A DNA stretch of 64,000 bases from Patescibacteria group bacterium (GCA_016861205.1 BOKX01000001.1:698801-762800), one strand, 5' to 3'. Shown: positions 26,859 through 37,372, counted from the first letter of the stretch. Numbers and translations: made by a program. The notes: a model not told the origin generated them from the letters alone.

Positions 26859-29015
26859 CTACTCCGGCATTGCCTGAGTCGAGAGGTACTCGCGGATTTT
26901 ACCGAGGTTTACTTCACGCGGTTTACTGCCATCTGCTGGGCCAACTAAGCCCGCTTCATACAGTTGGTCTAAGATTCTTGCCGCCCGCGCGTAGCCCACT
27001 GACAATCGACGTTGAATCAATGATGATGAAGCCTTGTCATACTGTGAGAACAGTTTGACAGCTTCCAGGAACAAGTCGTCACGATCGGCACTATCGGTTC
27101 CACTGGAGCCACCTTTAATCATACCTGGCTTAAATTTGGTGGTAATCTCTTCTTGATAATCTGGTCGCTGGCCTTGTGACTTGATGAAATCAATCAGGTT
27201 GCGAATCTCTGAGTCAGATACATAGGTACCTTGAATACGCGTGGCTTTGGCTTGGTCCGGTGGCACAAACAACATGTCGCCTCGGCCCAGCAACTTCTCA
27301 GCTCCTGGACCATCAATGATCACACGGGAGTCCATCATCGAAGCCACATTAAACGCGATACGCGTTGGCACGTTTGCCTTGATCAAACCGGTCAAGACGT
27401 CGACAGATGGGCGCTGAGTAGCGAGCACCAAGTGAATACCCACCGCCCGTGCCATCTGAGCGATGCGGGTGATACTCTCTTCCACCTCGGCTGGGGCAAA
27501 CAACATAATATCAGCCAACTCGTCGATGACGATCACGATGCTCGGCATAGCGGCAAAGCCCGCCAACTCGTTATAACCATCAATATTTTTGACACCAACT
27601 TCAGCCAGTTTCTTATAACGACTGTCCATCTCCGCGGTTGCCCATTTGAGAGCTGAGACCACTTTACTCGGCTCCACAATCACCGGAGTCAACAAATGGG
27701 GAATGTCGTTATAACCAGTTAGCTCAACTCGTTTGGGATCGACCAAGATAAACTTCACTTCAGATGGACTGGACCGAAACAGCATCGAACACAAGAACGT
27801 GTTCACTGCTACCGATTTACCTGAACCCGTCGCACCAGCGATGAGTACGTGAGGCATTTTGCCAATATCAGCCACGATGGGCTTACCGGCCACATCGATA
27901 CCTAGGGCCACCGCCAACTTCGACTTGTGTTTCTTCATCAAGTCAGAAGCCAACATGGTCCGCAGAGTGACATACTGGGCAGATTTATTTGGCACCTCAA
28001 TACCCACCAGTGATCGGCCTGCAATTGGGGCCTCAATCCGGATTTGTCCGGTTGGAGCAGCCAAGGCTAGCGCTAAGTCAGTAGCAAGCGTGGTGATTTT
28101 TGAAAGCTTGGTACCACGGCTAATTTCCAGCGCGTACTGAGTAACCGATGGACCGTAATTGACTTCGGCAACTTTGGCGCGAATGCCAAACGACTCCAAC
28201 GTGTTCTCGATGGTCTGGGCATTTGACTTAACGTCACCACGATCGGCTTCGCCACCTTTACTAGCTGACAGCAGCGACAATGGTGGGTACTCCCACACCA
28301 TTGGGGCGGTCTCGGTGGGTACAGTCGTCAGTTCGCCAGCTGCTTTCGGCTTAGCTGGTTGGGCAGGCATAATAGCAGTGCCAGTGCCATCATCAGCTAA
28401 CTGTTTCTGTGTCATCATACTGGCATCATTCACGCTAAACCCAGGCTCAGCCTTTTTACCCAACCCAAGTGACAACTTGGGAATCTGGAAGCCTTTGGCT
28501 TTCTTAATGTCGGCATCACTAACTTCAGGTTCAGACTTCACCTTCGGCGGGCGATCGGCCAACTTGGCAAAGGCCTTGAGCAGCTCAGCCACTGACCACT
28601 GACCAATCACTAAGCTGCCAATAATCAGCAAACTAATAAAGAGGGCATAGCTACCCACTGATGAAATCAGCATCGACAAGGTGGCAAATGTCTCTGCCCC
28701 AACTTGGCCTGCTCGAGCAGCACCCATCACCCCCACTGCCATCAGCACCGTGCCGAGTAGCACATGTGGCTTGGACCAGGCCCATGGAGTTTGGAACATG
28801 ACCAAACCAGAGGCAATAAACACAAACGGGAAAAAAAGCATCGAGACACCAAACTTGATCATCAAGTACTGATTCAAGGTTTGGAGCACAATGCCTTGAC
28901 GCGTAAACGAGACCATGATCAACACCCCAATCAAGATCAAAATCACCGCCACGATGGAGTGAATGGTCTCGGGTCTCAGCTGGAGAAATGGTCCTTTTTT
29001 ACGTCGTCTGCCCAT
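26859..29015 (-). CDS. ftsK: DNA translocase FtsK
   Basis: 4TM N-terminus, GATGSGKS, IDELAD, ATQRPSVDV, gamma domain QRRLSVGYARAAR. Confidence 0.97.
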   Translation of the reverse strand: MGRRRKKGPFLQLRPETIHSIVAVILILIGVLIMVSFTRQGIVLQTLNQYLMIKFGVSMLFFPFVFIASGLVMFQTPWAWSKPHVLLGTVLMAVGVMGAARAGQVGAETFATLSMLISSVGSYALFISLLIIGSLVIGQWSVAELLKAFAKLADRPPKVKSEPEVSDADIKKAKGFQIPKLSLGLGKKAEPGFSVNDASMMTQKQLADDGTGTAIMPAQPAKPKAAGELTTVPTETAPMVWEYPPLSLLSASKGGEADRGDVKSNAQTIENTLESFGIRAKVAEVNYGPSVTQYALEISRGTKLSKITTLATDLALALAAPTGQIRIEAPIAGRSLVGIEVPNKSAQYVTLRTMLASDLMKKHKSKLAVALGIDVAGKPIVADIGKMPHVLIAGATGSGKSVAVNTFLCSMLFRSSPSEVKFILVDPKRVELTGYNDIPHLLTPVIVEPSKVVSALKWATAEMDSRYKKLAEVGVKNIDGYNELAGFAAMPSIVIVIDELADIMLFAPAEVEESITRIAQMARAVGIHLVLATQRPSVDVLTGLIKANVPTRIAFNVASMMDSRVIIDGPGAEKLLGRGDMLFVPPDQAKATRIQGTYVSDSEIRNLIDFIKSQGQRPDYQEEITTKFKPGMIKGGSSGTDSADRDDLFLEAVKLFSQYDKASSSLIQRRLSVGYARAARILDQLYEAGLVGPADGSKPREVNLGKIREYLSTQAMPE

Positions 29016-29139
29016 AGGTCAAAATATTATAGGATAATTTTTAGCATATCTTGGTCTGGAGTGCAAGAGTCAGCCTCGCCATCACCAGACAAACACCCAG
29101 TCCCACTGCCAGGTTATTAACTCTAGTTTAGCGGGAAAG

Positions 29140-30801
29140 CTAGACTTCGACAATTGCCGCCATGATGACTGGTTCACGCTGAATAACTTTGTACAACTTG
29201 CGACCGAGTCGCTTCTCGATCGTTCGTTTAACTTCATCATCCTTGGCCTTCCGACCCAGCTCGTTAACAATCTCAGCGGTAGTTCGCTTAATGAACTCAA
29301 TGACTTCGTCTGCTTCTTTCATGAACACAAAACCACGGGATACCACTGAGACATGCTTCAGGTCATAGCCACGCTTGGTGCGTGGCACAATGATGACGAT
29401 CATGCCAGCTTGGCTCAAAGCCCGCCGGTCAGCCAACACCACCGGACCAACGTCACCGACTCCCAAACCATCAACAGTTCTGGCTTGTAAGGTGACTTGA
29501 TCGATGACCTCAGGCCGACCAGTGCCAAAGCCAAGGACCTCACCGTGACCTGGAATTAAAACCCGCTCGGGCGCAACACCCACTTGGTCTGCCACCAACT
29601 CCACAAACTTTACTCGGTGTCGGTCAGCGCCGCCAATTGGCATCACAAATTGAGGCTTCACCATGCCCAGCAACTCTTGTTGCTCTGGAGCACTGGCGTG
29701 GCCAGATTGGTGCAGATTTGGTTCCAAATCAGGGTAGATGACGTGCACACCGTTGCGGCATAGTTCATCAATCGCAGCATAGTACGGCACTTCATTGCCA
29801 GGGATAGCATCGGCTGAGAAAACGACTTGGTCGCTAGGTTTGATCTGCAGCATTGGGTGGTCCCCATACACAGCCCGCACCAGCGAGGAGCCTTCTTGCC
29901 CTTGGCTACCGGCAATAATGACACACACCTGACTATCAGGCAGATTGCTCAAATCGCGTTTATCAACTTGAATACCTTGGGGCAGATGCAGTTTTTTCAA
30001 GGTAACTGCTGCCTCGACGTTCTGCTCCACCGATCGCCCCACAAATGCAACTTTGCGACCGTGTTTAGCAGCTGAATCGATAATCTGTTGGATGCGATGA
30101 ATATGAGAACTCATCAACGTCACGATAAACTTACCTTTGGTCTTACCCATGGCAGTATCCAAGACTGGCCCAACGGTTGATTCGGACTTGGTCCACTCTG
30201 ACCGTTCCACCCGCAGACAGTCGATCATCATACACAACACACCTTGGTTTCCGAGTTCGGTGATGTGTGCGAAATCTGGCTTGACTCCGTCAACCGGATT
30301 TGGATCGAGCTTAAAGTCTGAGCCGTGATAGAAAACACCCGCAGGGGTTTTGATGGCATAGTGCCGAGTATCTGGCACTGAGTGTGTCATGGCGATGGGT
30401 TGCGCTTGGAACTTTTGAGTTATTTCAAACCACTGGTGATCAGTCACCACCTTGATTTCTCGCTCGATACCACCGTCGCGCATCCGATTAGCAGCAAACC
30501 CAGCTGTCAAAGCTGAGGCATATATCGGAAACTCCGGCAAACTCGGCAGAATGTACGGTAACGCCGCGATGTGGTCATCGTGGCCGTGTGTCAGAATCAT
30601 ACCGACGATCTTCTTACCTGACTCGAGCTGTTTCAGCAGGTAGCTGATGTCAGGAATGAGCACATCGACACCCGGCATGTACATGTCGGGAAAACCGATT
30701 CCACAATCCACAATCAGCATTTCTTCATCGACCTGATAAAGAAACATATTTTGGGTAACATTACCCATTCCCCCCATCGGGAAAACACTAACTTGATTCA
30801 T
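29140..30801 (-). CDS. rnj: Ribonuclease J
   Basis: THGHDDH, HSVPD, GSQGQ, HQSGHA, SRGFVF. Confidence 0.95.
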   Translation of the reverse strand: MNQVSVFPMGGMGNVTQNMFLYQVDEEMLIVDCGIGFPDMYMPGVDVLIPDISYLLKQLESGKKIVGMILTHGHDDHIAALPYILPSLPEFPIYASALTAGFAANRMRDGGIEREIKVVTDHQWFEITQKFQAQPIAMTHSVPDTRHYAIKTPAGVFYHGSDFKLDPNPVDGVKPDFAHITELGNQGVLCMMIDCLRVERSEWTKSESTVGPVLDTAMGKTKGKFIVTLMSSHIHRIQQIIDSAAKHGRKVAFVGRSVEQNVEAAVTLKKLHLPQGIQVDKRDLSNLPDSQVCVIIAGSQGQEGSSLVRAVYGDHPMLQIKPSDQVVFSADAIPGNEVPYYAAIDELCRNGVHVIYPDLEPNLHQSGHASAPEQQELLGMVKPQFVMPIGGADRHRVKFVELVADQVGVAPERVLIPGHGEVLGFGTGRPEVIDQVTLQARTVDGLGVGDVGPVVLADRRALSQAGMIVIIVPRTKRGYDLKHVSVVSRGFVFMKEADEVIEFIKRTTAEIVNELGRKAKDDEVKRTIEKRLGRKLYKVIQREPVIMAAIVEV

Positions 30802-30816
30802 AGAAACTCCTTATCT

Positions 30817-31644
30817 CTACGACTTAACTTTGGCCAGTTGCTTCCAAGCAAACCGCCAATAATACATACCTTTTCGCCAATTAAGCTTGAACGGCAACCG
30901 TTTTAACCAACGTGGTTCGGGGTCAGGCTCTCGCCGCTCAGCAAACACGGCCATCATTACCATGGCCAAGAAAGCAAATGATGAAAACCAATACGCGCTA
31001 TATGTTGGCTTAAAACTAACATCACTAACTAGATAACCAATTCCATGCAACACAAAACAAAATCCGATCAATAACTTCATAATCCGCATGAACATTGCTG
31101 ATGGCGCTTCATACTTCCAGATTGCTAAGAAACCAACTATACCAGTCAGAAATGCTAAACCCATCACTCCATAAAAAGCAGCATGCTCTATCTCAATTTC
31201 AAATGGCACCCACAGGTTTATCAGTGCAAAACCTGTCATCATCAACGCTACTCCCATATAGATAGCCAAGTGTGACAACATTTGGTGAAAAAATTCTGAG
31301 TGGCTAAAAATGTCATACAAGGGATCGCGCACTCGACGCAAATCAAAACTCTTCGTTAAAGAGTGAATAACTACAAACGCAGAAATAAACAAAAACATGG
31401 TACTAAAAACAGTATCGACCACAAACAACTCGGTTACCGATAAACCCAAATTCAATTGCTGTTTAAATGACACAAAAATAAAACTCTTCATCCACACAAA
31501 CACCAATGGCATGAGCACAAAAGCATATACAAACTGAACCAGGTCAAACTTCATTATTTCGTGTTTGCCGTTGTGACGATACAGAATTGAAGCACTCACA
31601 ATAGCCAGCAACGGCAGCAGAAAAAGAAAAACAATCATGTTCAT
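30817..31644 (-). CDS. Hypothetical polytopic membrane protein
   Basis: ~7 TM segments. Confidence 0.75.
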   Translation of the reverse strand: MNMIVFLFLLPLLAIVSASILYRHNGKHEIMKFDLVQFVYAFVLMPLVFVWMKSFIFVSFKQQLNLGLSVTELFVVDTVFSTMFLFISAFVVIHSLTKSFDLRRVRDPLYDIFSHSEFFHQMLSHLAIYMGVALMMTGFALINLWVPFEIEIEHAAFYGVMGLAFLTGIVGFLAIWKYEAPSAMFMRIMKLLIGFCFVLHGIGYLVSDVSFKPTYSAYWFSSFAFLAMVMMAVFAERREPDPEPRWLKRLPFKLNWRKGMYYWRFAWKQLAKVKS

Positions 31645-31654
31645 AGTTTTGTCG

Positions 31655-32308
31655 TTATAGTAACGCCTCGCTTACCTCAGCATGCAACTCAGCTGTAGCC
31701 TGCTGGTCTTGCACCCACCCTAGCACTTTTGGCAGCTTTTGAAAATCGGCTTCAAACGCTTGTTTCACGTTGGGGGCTCGCAAGGCCGCGGCTGGATGGT
31801 ACATCGGTAATATAAACATAGTCTGACCATTCCAAGCAATTTTGTGTAATCGACCATGGACTTGAGAAATTTTAACTCCTGGCAAGAATTTGCCCATACT
31901 GTAACGACCCAAGGTCACAATCAGAGCTGGCTGCAAAATCGCTATCTCCCGATCCAAAAAAGGTCTAAAGGCCGTAATCTCATCTGGCATGGGATCACGA
32001 TTGCCCGGTGGCCGAACCTTCACAATGTTGCTTATATATACCTCGGCTGGCGAGTAGCCAACTTTGGTTAAAACCTGCCGAAATAGCTGCCCTGACCGCC
32101 CCACAAAGGGCCTTCTTTGCCGAGCTTCTTCCTCACCAGGAGCCTCACCGATAAACATGATTTTGGCGTCACTGCTGCCTTCACCAGGCACGATATCACG
32201 ACCGGTGTTCGCCAACGGCAACTCGCCGGCGGCGGCTTCCATATCTGCACATACTGCAGTTAACTGCTCTGCCTTAGAAAGAGCGCTATCCATTGAGCTC
32301 ATGGGCAT
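31655..32308 (-). CDS. Uracil-DNA glycosylase family 4
   Basis: GEAPG, PFVGRSG, RPPGNRDP, YHPAAAL. Confidence 0.92.
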   Translation of the reverse strand: MPMSSMDSALSKAEQLTAVCADMEAAAGELPLANTGRDIVPGEGSSDAKIMFIGEAPGEEEARQRRPFVGRSGQLFRQVLTKVGYSPAEVYISNIVKVRPPGNRDPMPDEITAFRPFLDREIAILQPALIVTLGRYSMGKFLPGVKISQVHGRLHKIAWNGQTMFILPMYHPAAALRAPNVKQAFEADFQKLPKVLGWVQDQQATAELHAEVSEALL

Positions 32309-32359
32309 ATCCTATCACAGCTACCAGAGGTCGAGGAGGTGAACTTTACGCGACGTTTC

Positions 32360-33415
32360 TTAAAACTGTGGCAAGAAAATATTGGCATTTTGATTGGTGA
32401 TCACCACTTCGGGGTAGCCTTTTTCGACGATGATGCGAGCTGCTTTGCGGACCATACCTTGCAACGTCCGCTCCAGAGTGCGGATACCGGCATCGTACCC
32501 CAGTGGCCGAGTCATGCGTGGCCACACTTCCTCTTTGATTACCAGTTGTTCAGGCCGCAAACCTGAGTCGGCATACAGTTTTGGCAAAATGTAGTGTTTA
32601 GCGATCATGATCTTCTCTTGGTCGGTGTACGACGGCATGGTGATTTTCTCCATCCGGTCCATGACCGCAGTGGCGATGCCGGTCGTGTTGTTGGCGGTAG
32701 CGATAAAAATTGCGTGAGACAAGTCAACTGGATAGTCGAGGTAGTTGTCGACAAAGGCATGGTTCTGGGCTGGGTCGAGCAACTCAACCAACACGCCCAT
32801 GATGTCCATCCGAGCTTCTTCCGAACACCGATCGATTTCATCGAGTAAAATAATCGGGTTGCGAACTTGTGCTTCGCACAAACCTTTGACAATCTTGCCA
32901 GGCTCAGAACCCAACAAGAGACGTGACTGACCACGCAACTCTTTGGCTGAGCTCATGCCACCAAACGGAATCCGAACAATTTTGCGGCCTAACGCCTCAG
33001 CCAGTGAAAAGGCAAACGTGGTTTTACCTGTACCCACCAAACCAACCAGCAGCAAAATAGGCGCTCGGAACCCTGCTTCAGCTTGCTGTTGCCGCAAGTT
33101 CAAGATGGCCACGTACTCTAAGAAGCGATCTTTGACTTCGCCCAACCCGTAATGGTGTGAGTCAAAAATTTGTTTGGTGTGAGCGATATCGAGGGTATCT
33201 GTCGTTTCCGTTGCCCAAGGAACTTTTAAAACCCACTCAATGTACCGGGATACTTTTTCGTACTTCTCGTCGTACGAACCCAACTCAACTGACCGCTCCA
33301 AAGCCACGATATCCTTGGCGACTTTGAGGCGCAGCTCCTCAGGAATACTGGCCGATTGGACTCGGGTCTTGAGCGCCTGAATTTCGTCGTTGAGCAGTTG
33401 TTTGTAATCGGTCAT
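32360..33415 (-). CDS. Lon-like AAA+ ATPase lacking N and protease domains
   Basis: HYGL..VKDRFLEY, GLVGTGKT, LLDEID, LLDPAQN..FVDNY, DRME. Confidence 0.88.
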   Translation of the reverse strand: MTDYKQLLNDEIQALKTRVQSASIPEELRLKVAKDIVALERSVELGSYDEKYEKVSRYIEWVLKVPWATETTDTLDIAHTKQIFDSHHYGLGEVKDRFLEYVAILNLRQQQAEAGFRAPILLLVGLVGTGKTTFAFSLAEALGRKIVRIPFGGMSSAKELRGQSRLLLGSEPGKIVKGLCEAQVRNPIILLDEIDRCSEEARMDIMGVLVELLDPAQNHAFVDNYLDYPVDLSHAIFIATANNTTGIATAVMDRMEKITMPSYTDQEKIMIAKHYILPKLYADSGLRPEQLVIKEEVWPRMTRPLGYDAGIRTLERTLQGMVRKAARIIVEKGYPEVVITNQNANIFLPQF

Positions 33416-33440
33416 AAGTTCATAGCGCAGTACTACGCAT

Positions 33441-34364
33441 TTACATTGTCTCAAGGTCAGTGCGGCTCAGCAAGCCCGGCTTGGCCCCAACTTTCTGAAC
33501 AACAGAGGCAGAGTTAGCCACCCCCCACTCGATCGCGGTTGAGACTGGTCGCTCGAGTAATCGAGCTCCCACGTAGGCAGTGGCAAAGGCATCGCCCGCC
33601 CCGGTGTCATCAACAGAGTTCACACTGGGTGCTTCATATTTTTGCGGTTCTTTGCCAGCTAGCAACACTTGACCGCCTTGTTTGCCATCAGTCACCACAA
33701 TCTCAGGTACTATCCGTTGTAACTGGGCATGATGATCAGCAATCATCTGCCACTCTTCTTTGTTCACCATCAGTACATCACACTTCAGACCCAACTCACT
33801 CAGCCCATGCTCAGCCACCCATCGTAGTTCTGGACTGCCTGGGTTCCACGACACTCCCACCGAGCTTTGTCGAGCTCGTTTGAAAATATGTTGTAAGGTT
33901 GGCATTTGGCCACCGATCGATGAGATGTGCAACCATCTGGCACTCGCTAAGGCTTTGTCCGGCATGTCTTCAACACCGAGCAGCGAAGCTGCCCCACGGT
34001 GAACTAGCACTGTCCGGCCACCTTCTTGGCTAACAAGAATTACCGAACCGCCGGTTTGTTCTTTGCGCTCTTTTACCAGCCAGGTGGTTTCAACTTGATT
34101 TTTGACCAAATCATTCACCACGACATCTGAAAATGCATCCATCCCCAGCTCTGCCACCACTCCCACTCGGAACCCCAACCGTTGAAAGCCGACCGCGGTA
34201 TTGGTACCTGCACCGCCAGTTTCAATCACCAAACTATCAAGTTCTAGTTTTTCGCCAAACCGCTGACACACCAGCACATTGCCGTCGTTCTCTCGCAACT
34301 GAAAGTCCGGAGACGACACAAAAATGTCAACTAAAGCAGAGCCAATGGTAATTACATCAGGCAT
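33441..34364 (-). CDS. PfkB family carbohydrate kinase
   Basis: GGAGTNTA, N..E, DDTGAGDAF. Confidence 0.92.
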   Translation of the reverse strand: MPDVITIGSALVDIFVSSPDFQLRENDGNVLVCQRFGEKLELDSLVIETGGAGTNTAVGFQRLGFRVGVVAELGMDAFSDVVVNDLVKNQVETTWLVKERKEQTGGSVILVSQEGGRTVLVHRGAASLLGVEDMPDKALASARWLHISSIGGQMPTLQHIFKRARQSSVGVSWNPGSPELRWVAEHGLSELGLKCDVLMVNKEEWQMIADHHAQLQRIVPEIVVTDGKQGGQVLLAGKEPQKYEAPSVNSVDDTGAGDAFATAYVGARLLERPVSTAIEWGVANSASVVQKVGAKPGLLSRTDLETM

Positions 34365-34992
34365 AGTGCGGTGGTCGGGGTGGTAAACCACACCGATCGG
34401 CCAACTCCATTTCAAATTGTGACAAGGCTTGAATCACCTCGTCCTCGTTATTGGCAATCCGATACACTTGACGTTCCTTTTCGCCAATGAAGAAATGATC
34501 GTTCATGACCCTCATGACGTCATGCCAAAACTGGCCATACAAAATCAATGGTTTGTGGTTGCCATAATACAGATGAGCCAGCAGCCAAGCAGTCGTCCAC
34601 TCTGACAACGTACCAGTTCCACCTTGGAAACAAATAAAAGCATCCGCGTGGTCCATCAACCCAAACATGCGTTCGATGTAGTTGGCTGTCTTGATCTCAA
34701 GCGTCACTTGATTACCAGAAAATCGACCTTCAAACTCCGGCATGTCCTTGGGATAAAAGGTAACCGCCAACGTCGTGCCACCAACAGATTGTGCCCCGGC
34801 GGTTGCGGCGGCCATTACTCCAGGTCCACCACCATTGACCACGACTTTGTTGTTGTACGCCAAAAACCGCGCCACATTGAATGCATCATGGTAAAGTGGG
34901 TGGTTTTCATCAATATCAGCACTTCCAAACACCGCCACATTTTGGATGCTGCAGTGACGCTGGGCGGCCGGAATAGTAACTTGGGTTTTCAT
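34357..34992 (-). CDS. LOG family protein
   Basis: VAVFGS, GGGPGVM, GGTGTLSE. Confidence 0.9.
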   Translation of the reverse strand: MKTQVTIPAAQRHCSIQNVAVFGSADIDENHPLYHDAFNVARFLAYNNKVVVNGGGPGVMAAATAGAQSVGGTTLAVTFYPKDMPEFEGRFSGNQVTLEIKTANYIERMFGLMDHADAFICFQGGTGTLSEWTTAWLLAHLYYGNHKPLILYGQFWHDVMRVMNDHFFIGEKERQVYRIANNEDEVIQALSQFEMELADRCGLPPRPPHYA

Positions 34993-34995
34993 GGT

Positions 34996-35664
34996 TTAAC
35001 CTTCACTAATCTTTATAAACTCTTCGATAGCTACGGCTGGGTCTGGTGATTGCCAGACAGCACTGGTGGCCACTACTGAACTCACTCCATGTTCCTGAAG
35101 CTGAGGCAACAGATCCAGTTTAACGCCACCATCAACACAAATCTCCAACGACAGGTGTTGTGTTTCAGCTTTTAAGCGCAACTCATTAATTTTATCCAAA
35201 ACCGCTGGTTGGAACACCTGTCCACTCTTACCCATCTCGACACCCATAATCTGCACCAAACTCAAGTGTGGCCAGACTTCATCATCAATAGCGGACACTG
35301 GTGTGTGCAGGTTCAGTGACAAACCGGCTTGCCAGTTATGGACTTTAACCTCTTCAATAAAACTTTTTTGGAAACTCATGTGTTCAACCTGGCCAATCAT
35401 GGTCCGAATCGGCAAGAACTCTTTAATGGCTTGCGCTTCCAACACAAAATCAATTGGCTCATCAACCATCAAGTGGAGATCACATCGTAGGTCTCCAAAA
35501 TCAAGCTCTACCAAGTCCAGTGGCGCCACAGTGATGTCGTCCACAAGCCAGCCATCCATGATGTCAATATGAGCCACCGTCACACCAGCTTGCTCTTTGA
35601 GCACAGCCAATCGATCTGCCACCACACTGACTGAATCACTTAAAATTCCCGGATAAAACTGCAT
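34996..35664 (-). CDS. rpe: Ribulose-phosphate 3-epimerase
   Basis: HIDIMDG, DLHLMV, VDGGV. Confidence 0.9.
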   Translation of the reverse strand: MQFYPGILSDSVSVVADRLAVLKEQAGVTVAHIDIMDGWLVDDITVAPLDLVELDFGDLRCDLHLMVDEPIDFVLEAQAIKEFLPIRTMIGQVEHMSFQKSFIEEVKVHNWQAGLSLNLHTPVSAIDDEVWPHLSLVQIMGVEMGKSGQVFQPAVLDKINELRLKAETQHLSLEICVDGGVKLDLLPQLQEHGVSSVVATSAVWQSPDPAVAIEEFIKISEG

Positions 35665-35707
35665 GCTGCCTTCCTCTTTTTTTACTTGATTTCAAAATAA
35701 CCAGAAA

Positions 35708-36160
35708 CTACTCATTTGCTTCTAATGCCATGATGGCCGCTACCCGTCGGCGATGTCTTTCTTCAGGGCTAACTGGGGTGGCCACAAACGCCTCAACGAC
35801 CGGCCAAACCTGCTCCCACGTCAGCTCGTCGGCTGACAAACTCAGAACGTTGGCATGATTGTGCTCTCGGGCCAGTTGAGCCTGGCGTGGAGTAGCACAA
35901 CTAGCCGCCCGCACTCCATTAATCTTGTTGGCGGCCATGGTCATGCCAATGCTTGAGCGGCACACCAAAATACCCAGCTCCACACTCTCAGCAGCTACCA
36001 ATCTTGCCACTGCTGCTGCGTACTGAGGATAGTCGTCGTCTGCCTCCAGCTGAGCGGCTCCTACGTCTACCACCTCGTAGCCTGCGCCACTCAGTTGAGC
36101 CTTTAGCTGTTCCTTAAAATGAAACCCACCATGATCAGCGCCCAGTGCAATTTTCAACAT
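35708..36160 (-). CDS. rpiB: Ribose-5-phosphate isomerase B
   Basis: GADHGG, DYP, C.S.IG..MAANK, HNHANVL, RHRRRV. Confidence 0.93.
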   Translation of the reverse strand: MLKIALGADHGGFHFKEQLKAQLSGAGYEVVDVGAAQLEADDDYPQYAAAVARLVAAESVELGILVCRSSIGMTMAANKINGVRAASCATPRQAQLAREHNHANVLSLSADELTWEQVWPVVEAFVATPVSPEERHRRRVAAIMALEANE

Positions 36161-36197
36161 ACTACTCTCCTTGCTTCTTTGTTTGACTGCCTATAGC

Positions 36198-36638
36198 CTA
36201 CTCAACAATCAGTTGACCAATCATACCTCGAGCTCGGTGATTGGAGATACTGCAGTAGTACTCAAACGTGCCTATTTGATCAGTAGGAATGGTAATGTCC
36301 TCAAATTGTCCCGGCGCTAGCGGCTTCGTTGCCACCTGCAGGGCGTCAATTTTGAGGTCATGAAAACCATCGACACTCTGGACCCGCATCACCAGCTTCT
36401 CACCTTTTTTGACGCGGATTTCGCGGGGCTGAAACTGAAAGTTCTGGGCCTTCACTAAGGTCACTCCAGCTGGAACTGCCTCCTGTACCTCAAGATTTAC
36501 TGTGTCCCCAGTCATCGTCTCTCCCGTGGTTGCTGGAACAGTTGACTGGGCTGGAAGCGGAATGGGTTTTGTGTGAGTACAGCCAGCCAACACGACAAGA
36601 CTGGCGGTCATCACTATCAGGGTACTCAATCGGGACAC
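36198..36638 (-). CDS. Cupredoxin-domain lipoprotein
   Basis: Lipobox LAGC; H...YYCSISNHRARGM type-1 copper ligands. Confidence 0.88.
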   Translation of the reverse strand: MSRLSTLIVMTASLVVLAGCTHTKPIPLPAQSTVPATTGETMTGDTVNLEVQEAVPAGVTLVKAQNFQFQPREIRVKKGEKLVMRVQSVDGFHDLKIDALQVATKPLAPGQFEDITIPTDQIGTFEYYCSISNHRARGMIGQLIVE

Positions 36639-36647
36639 GATACCTTT

Positions 36648-36992
36648 CTAGTCAAAGCCTAGTTCGGCTTTGGCTTCTTCTGACATCAAGTCAGGTACCC
36701 AAGGTGGATCGAATGTCAGTTTAACGTGCAAACCTTGGTCCGGATCCAAGCCCGGCAACCCGATCAGGGCATCGCGAACCATTGTATCAAAGACCGCTGC
36801 CAATGGGCAGCCAGGGGTGGTCAAAGTCATGATAACTTCCACATGAGGTTTCATAGTATTCGGCTCGACGTTCACTTCGTACACCAAACCCAAACTGACA
36901 ATGTCGATGTTCAGTTCCGGATCAATCACTGTCTTAAGTCGAGCCATGATTTGGTCCTGAGTGACTGGCTGGGTGGGAATCGAGGTAGTCAT
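36648..36992 (-). CDS. DUF59/SufT-like Fe-S assembly protein
   Basis: DPELNIDIVSLGLVY, TLTTPGCP, FDPPW. Confidence 0.92.
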   Translation of the reverse strand: MTTSIPTQPVTQDQIMARLKTVIDPELNIDIVSLGLVYEVNVEPNTMKPHVEVIMTLTTPGCPLAAVFDTMVRDALIGLPGLDPDQGLHVKLTFDPPWVPDLMSEEAKAELGFD

Positions 36993-37019
36993 AACTTCGT
37001 TATGTATTATCACATACCA

Positions 37020-37044
37020 AACCCCCCGCCGGAGGCGGGGGGTT
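37020..37044. repeat. GC-rich palindrome copy 2 (possible terminator)
   Basis: AACCCCCCGCC-GGA-GGCGGGGGGTT perfect 11-bp stem. Confidence 0.8.
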
Positions 37045-37067
37045 CAAGTTCAATGTAAAACTACCGA

Positions 37068-37280
37068 TTAGGCAGCTTTTTTGAGAACTGGCATGCCAGT
37101 TCGGGCGGTCTCAACCACGGTGTAACCAGCTGGAACGGCTGGTAAGGCACCTGGGCGAATGTCGCGAGCGAAGAAGTAGATCGTCTGCACGCGGCCATTC
37201 TTCAACTTCACTTCACGGGTGTGAAGGTAGTAGGTTTGACCTTTTTTGTTGGTGTAGCTGAAAGCTGTACCATTTGCCAT
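37068..37280 (-). CDS. Small basic conserved hypothetical protein
   Basis: YTNKKGQTYYLH...QTIYFF...P.GY.V....TGMPVLKK; SD AAAGGAG. Confidence 0.8.
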   Translation of the reverse strand: MANGTAFSYTNKKGQTYYLHTREVKLKNGRVQTIYFFARDIRPGALPAVPAGYTVVETARTGMPVLKKAA

Positions 37281-37372
37281 ACTGCTCCTTTGTAAGTCCC
37301 CTTCGAGGACTCTCTAGTAACTAGCAACTACTTTAGCCTATCATACTCGAGTAAGACATCAAGCAGGAAATC

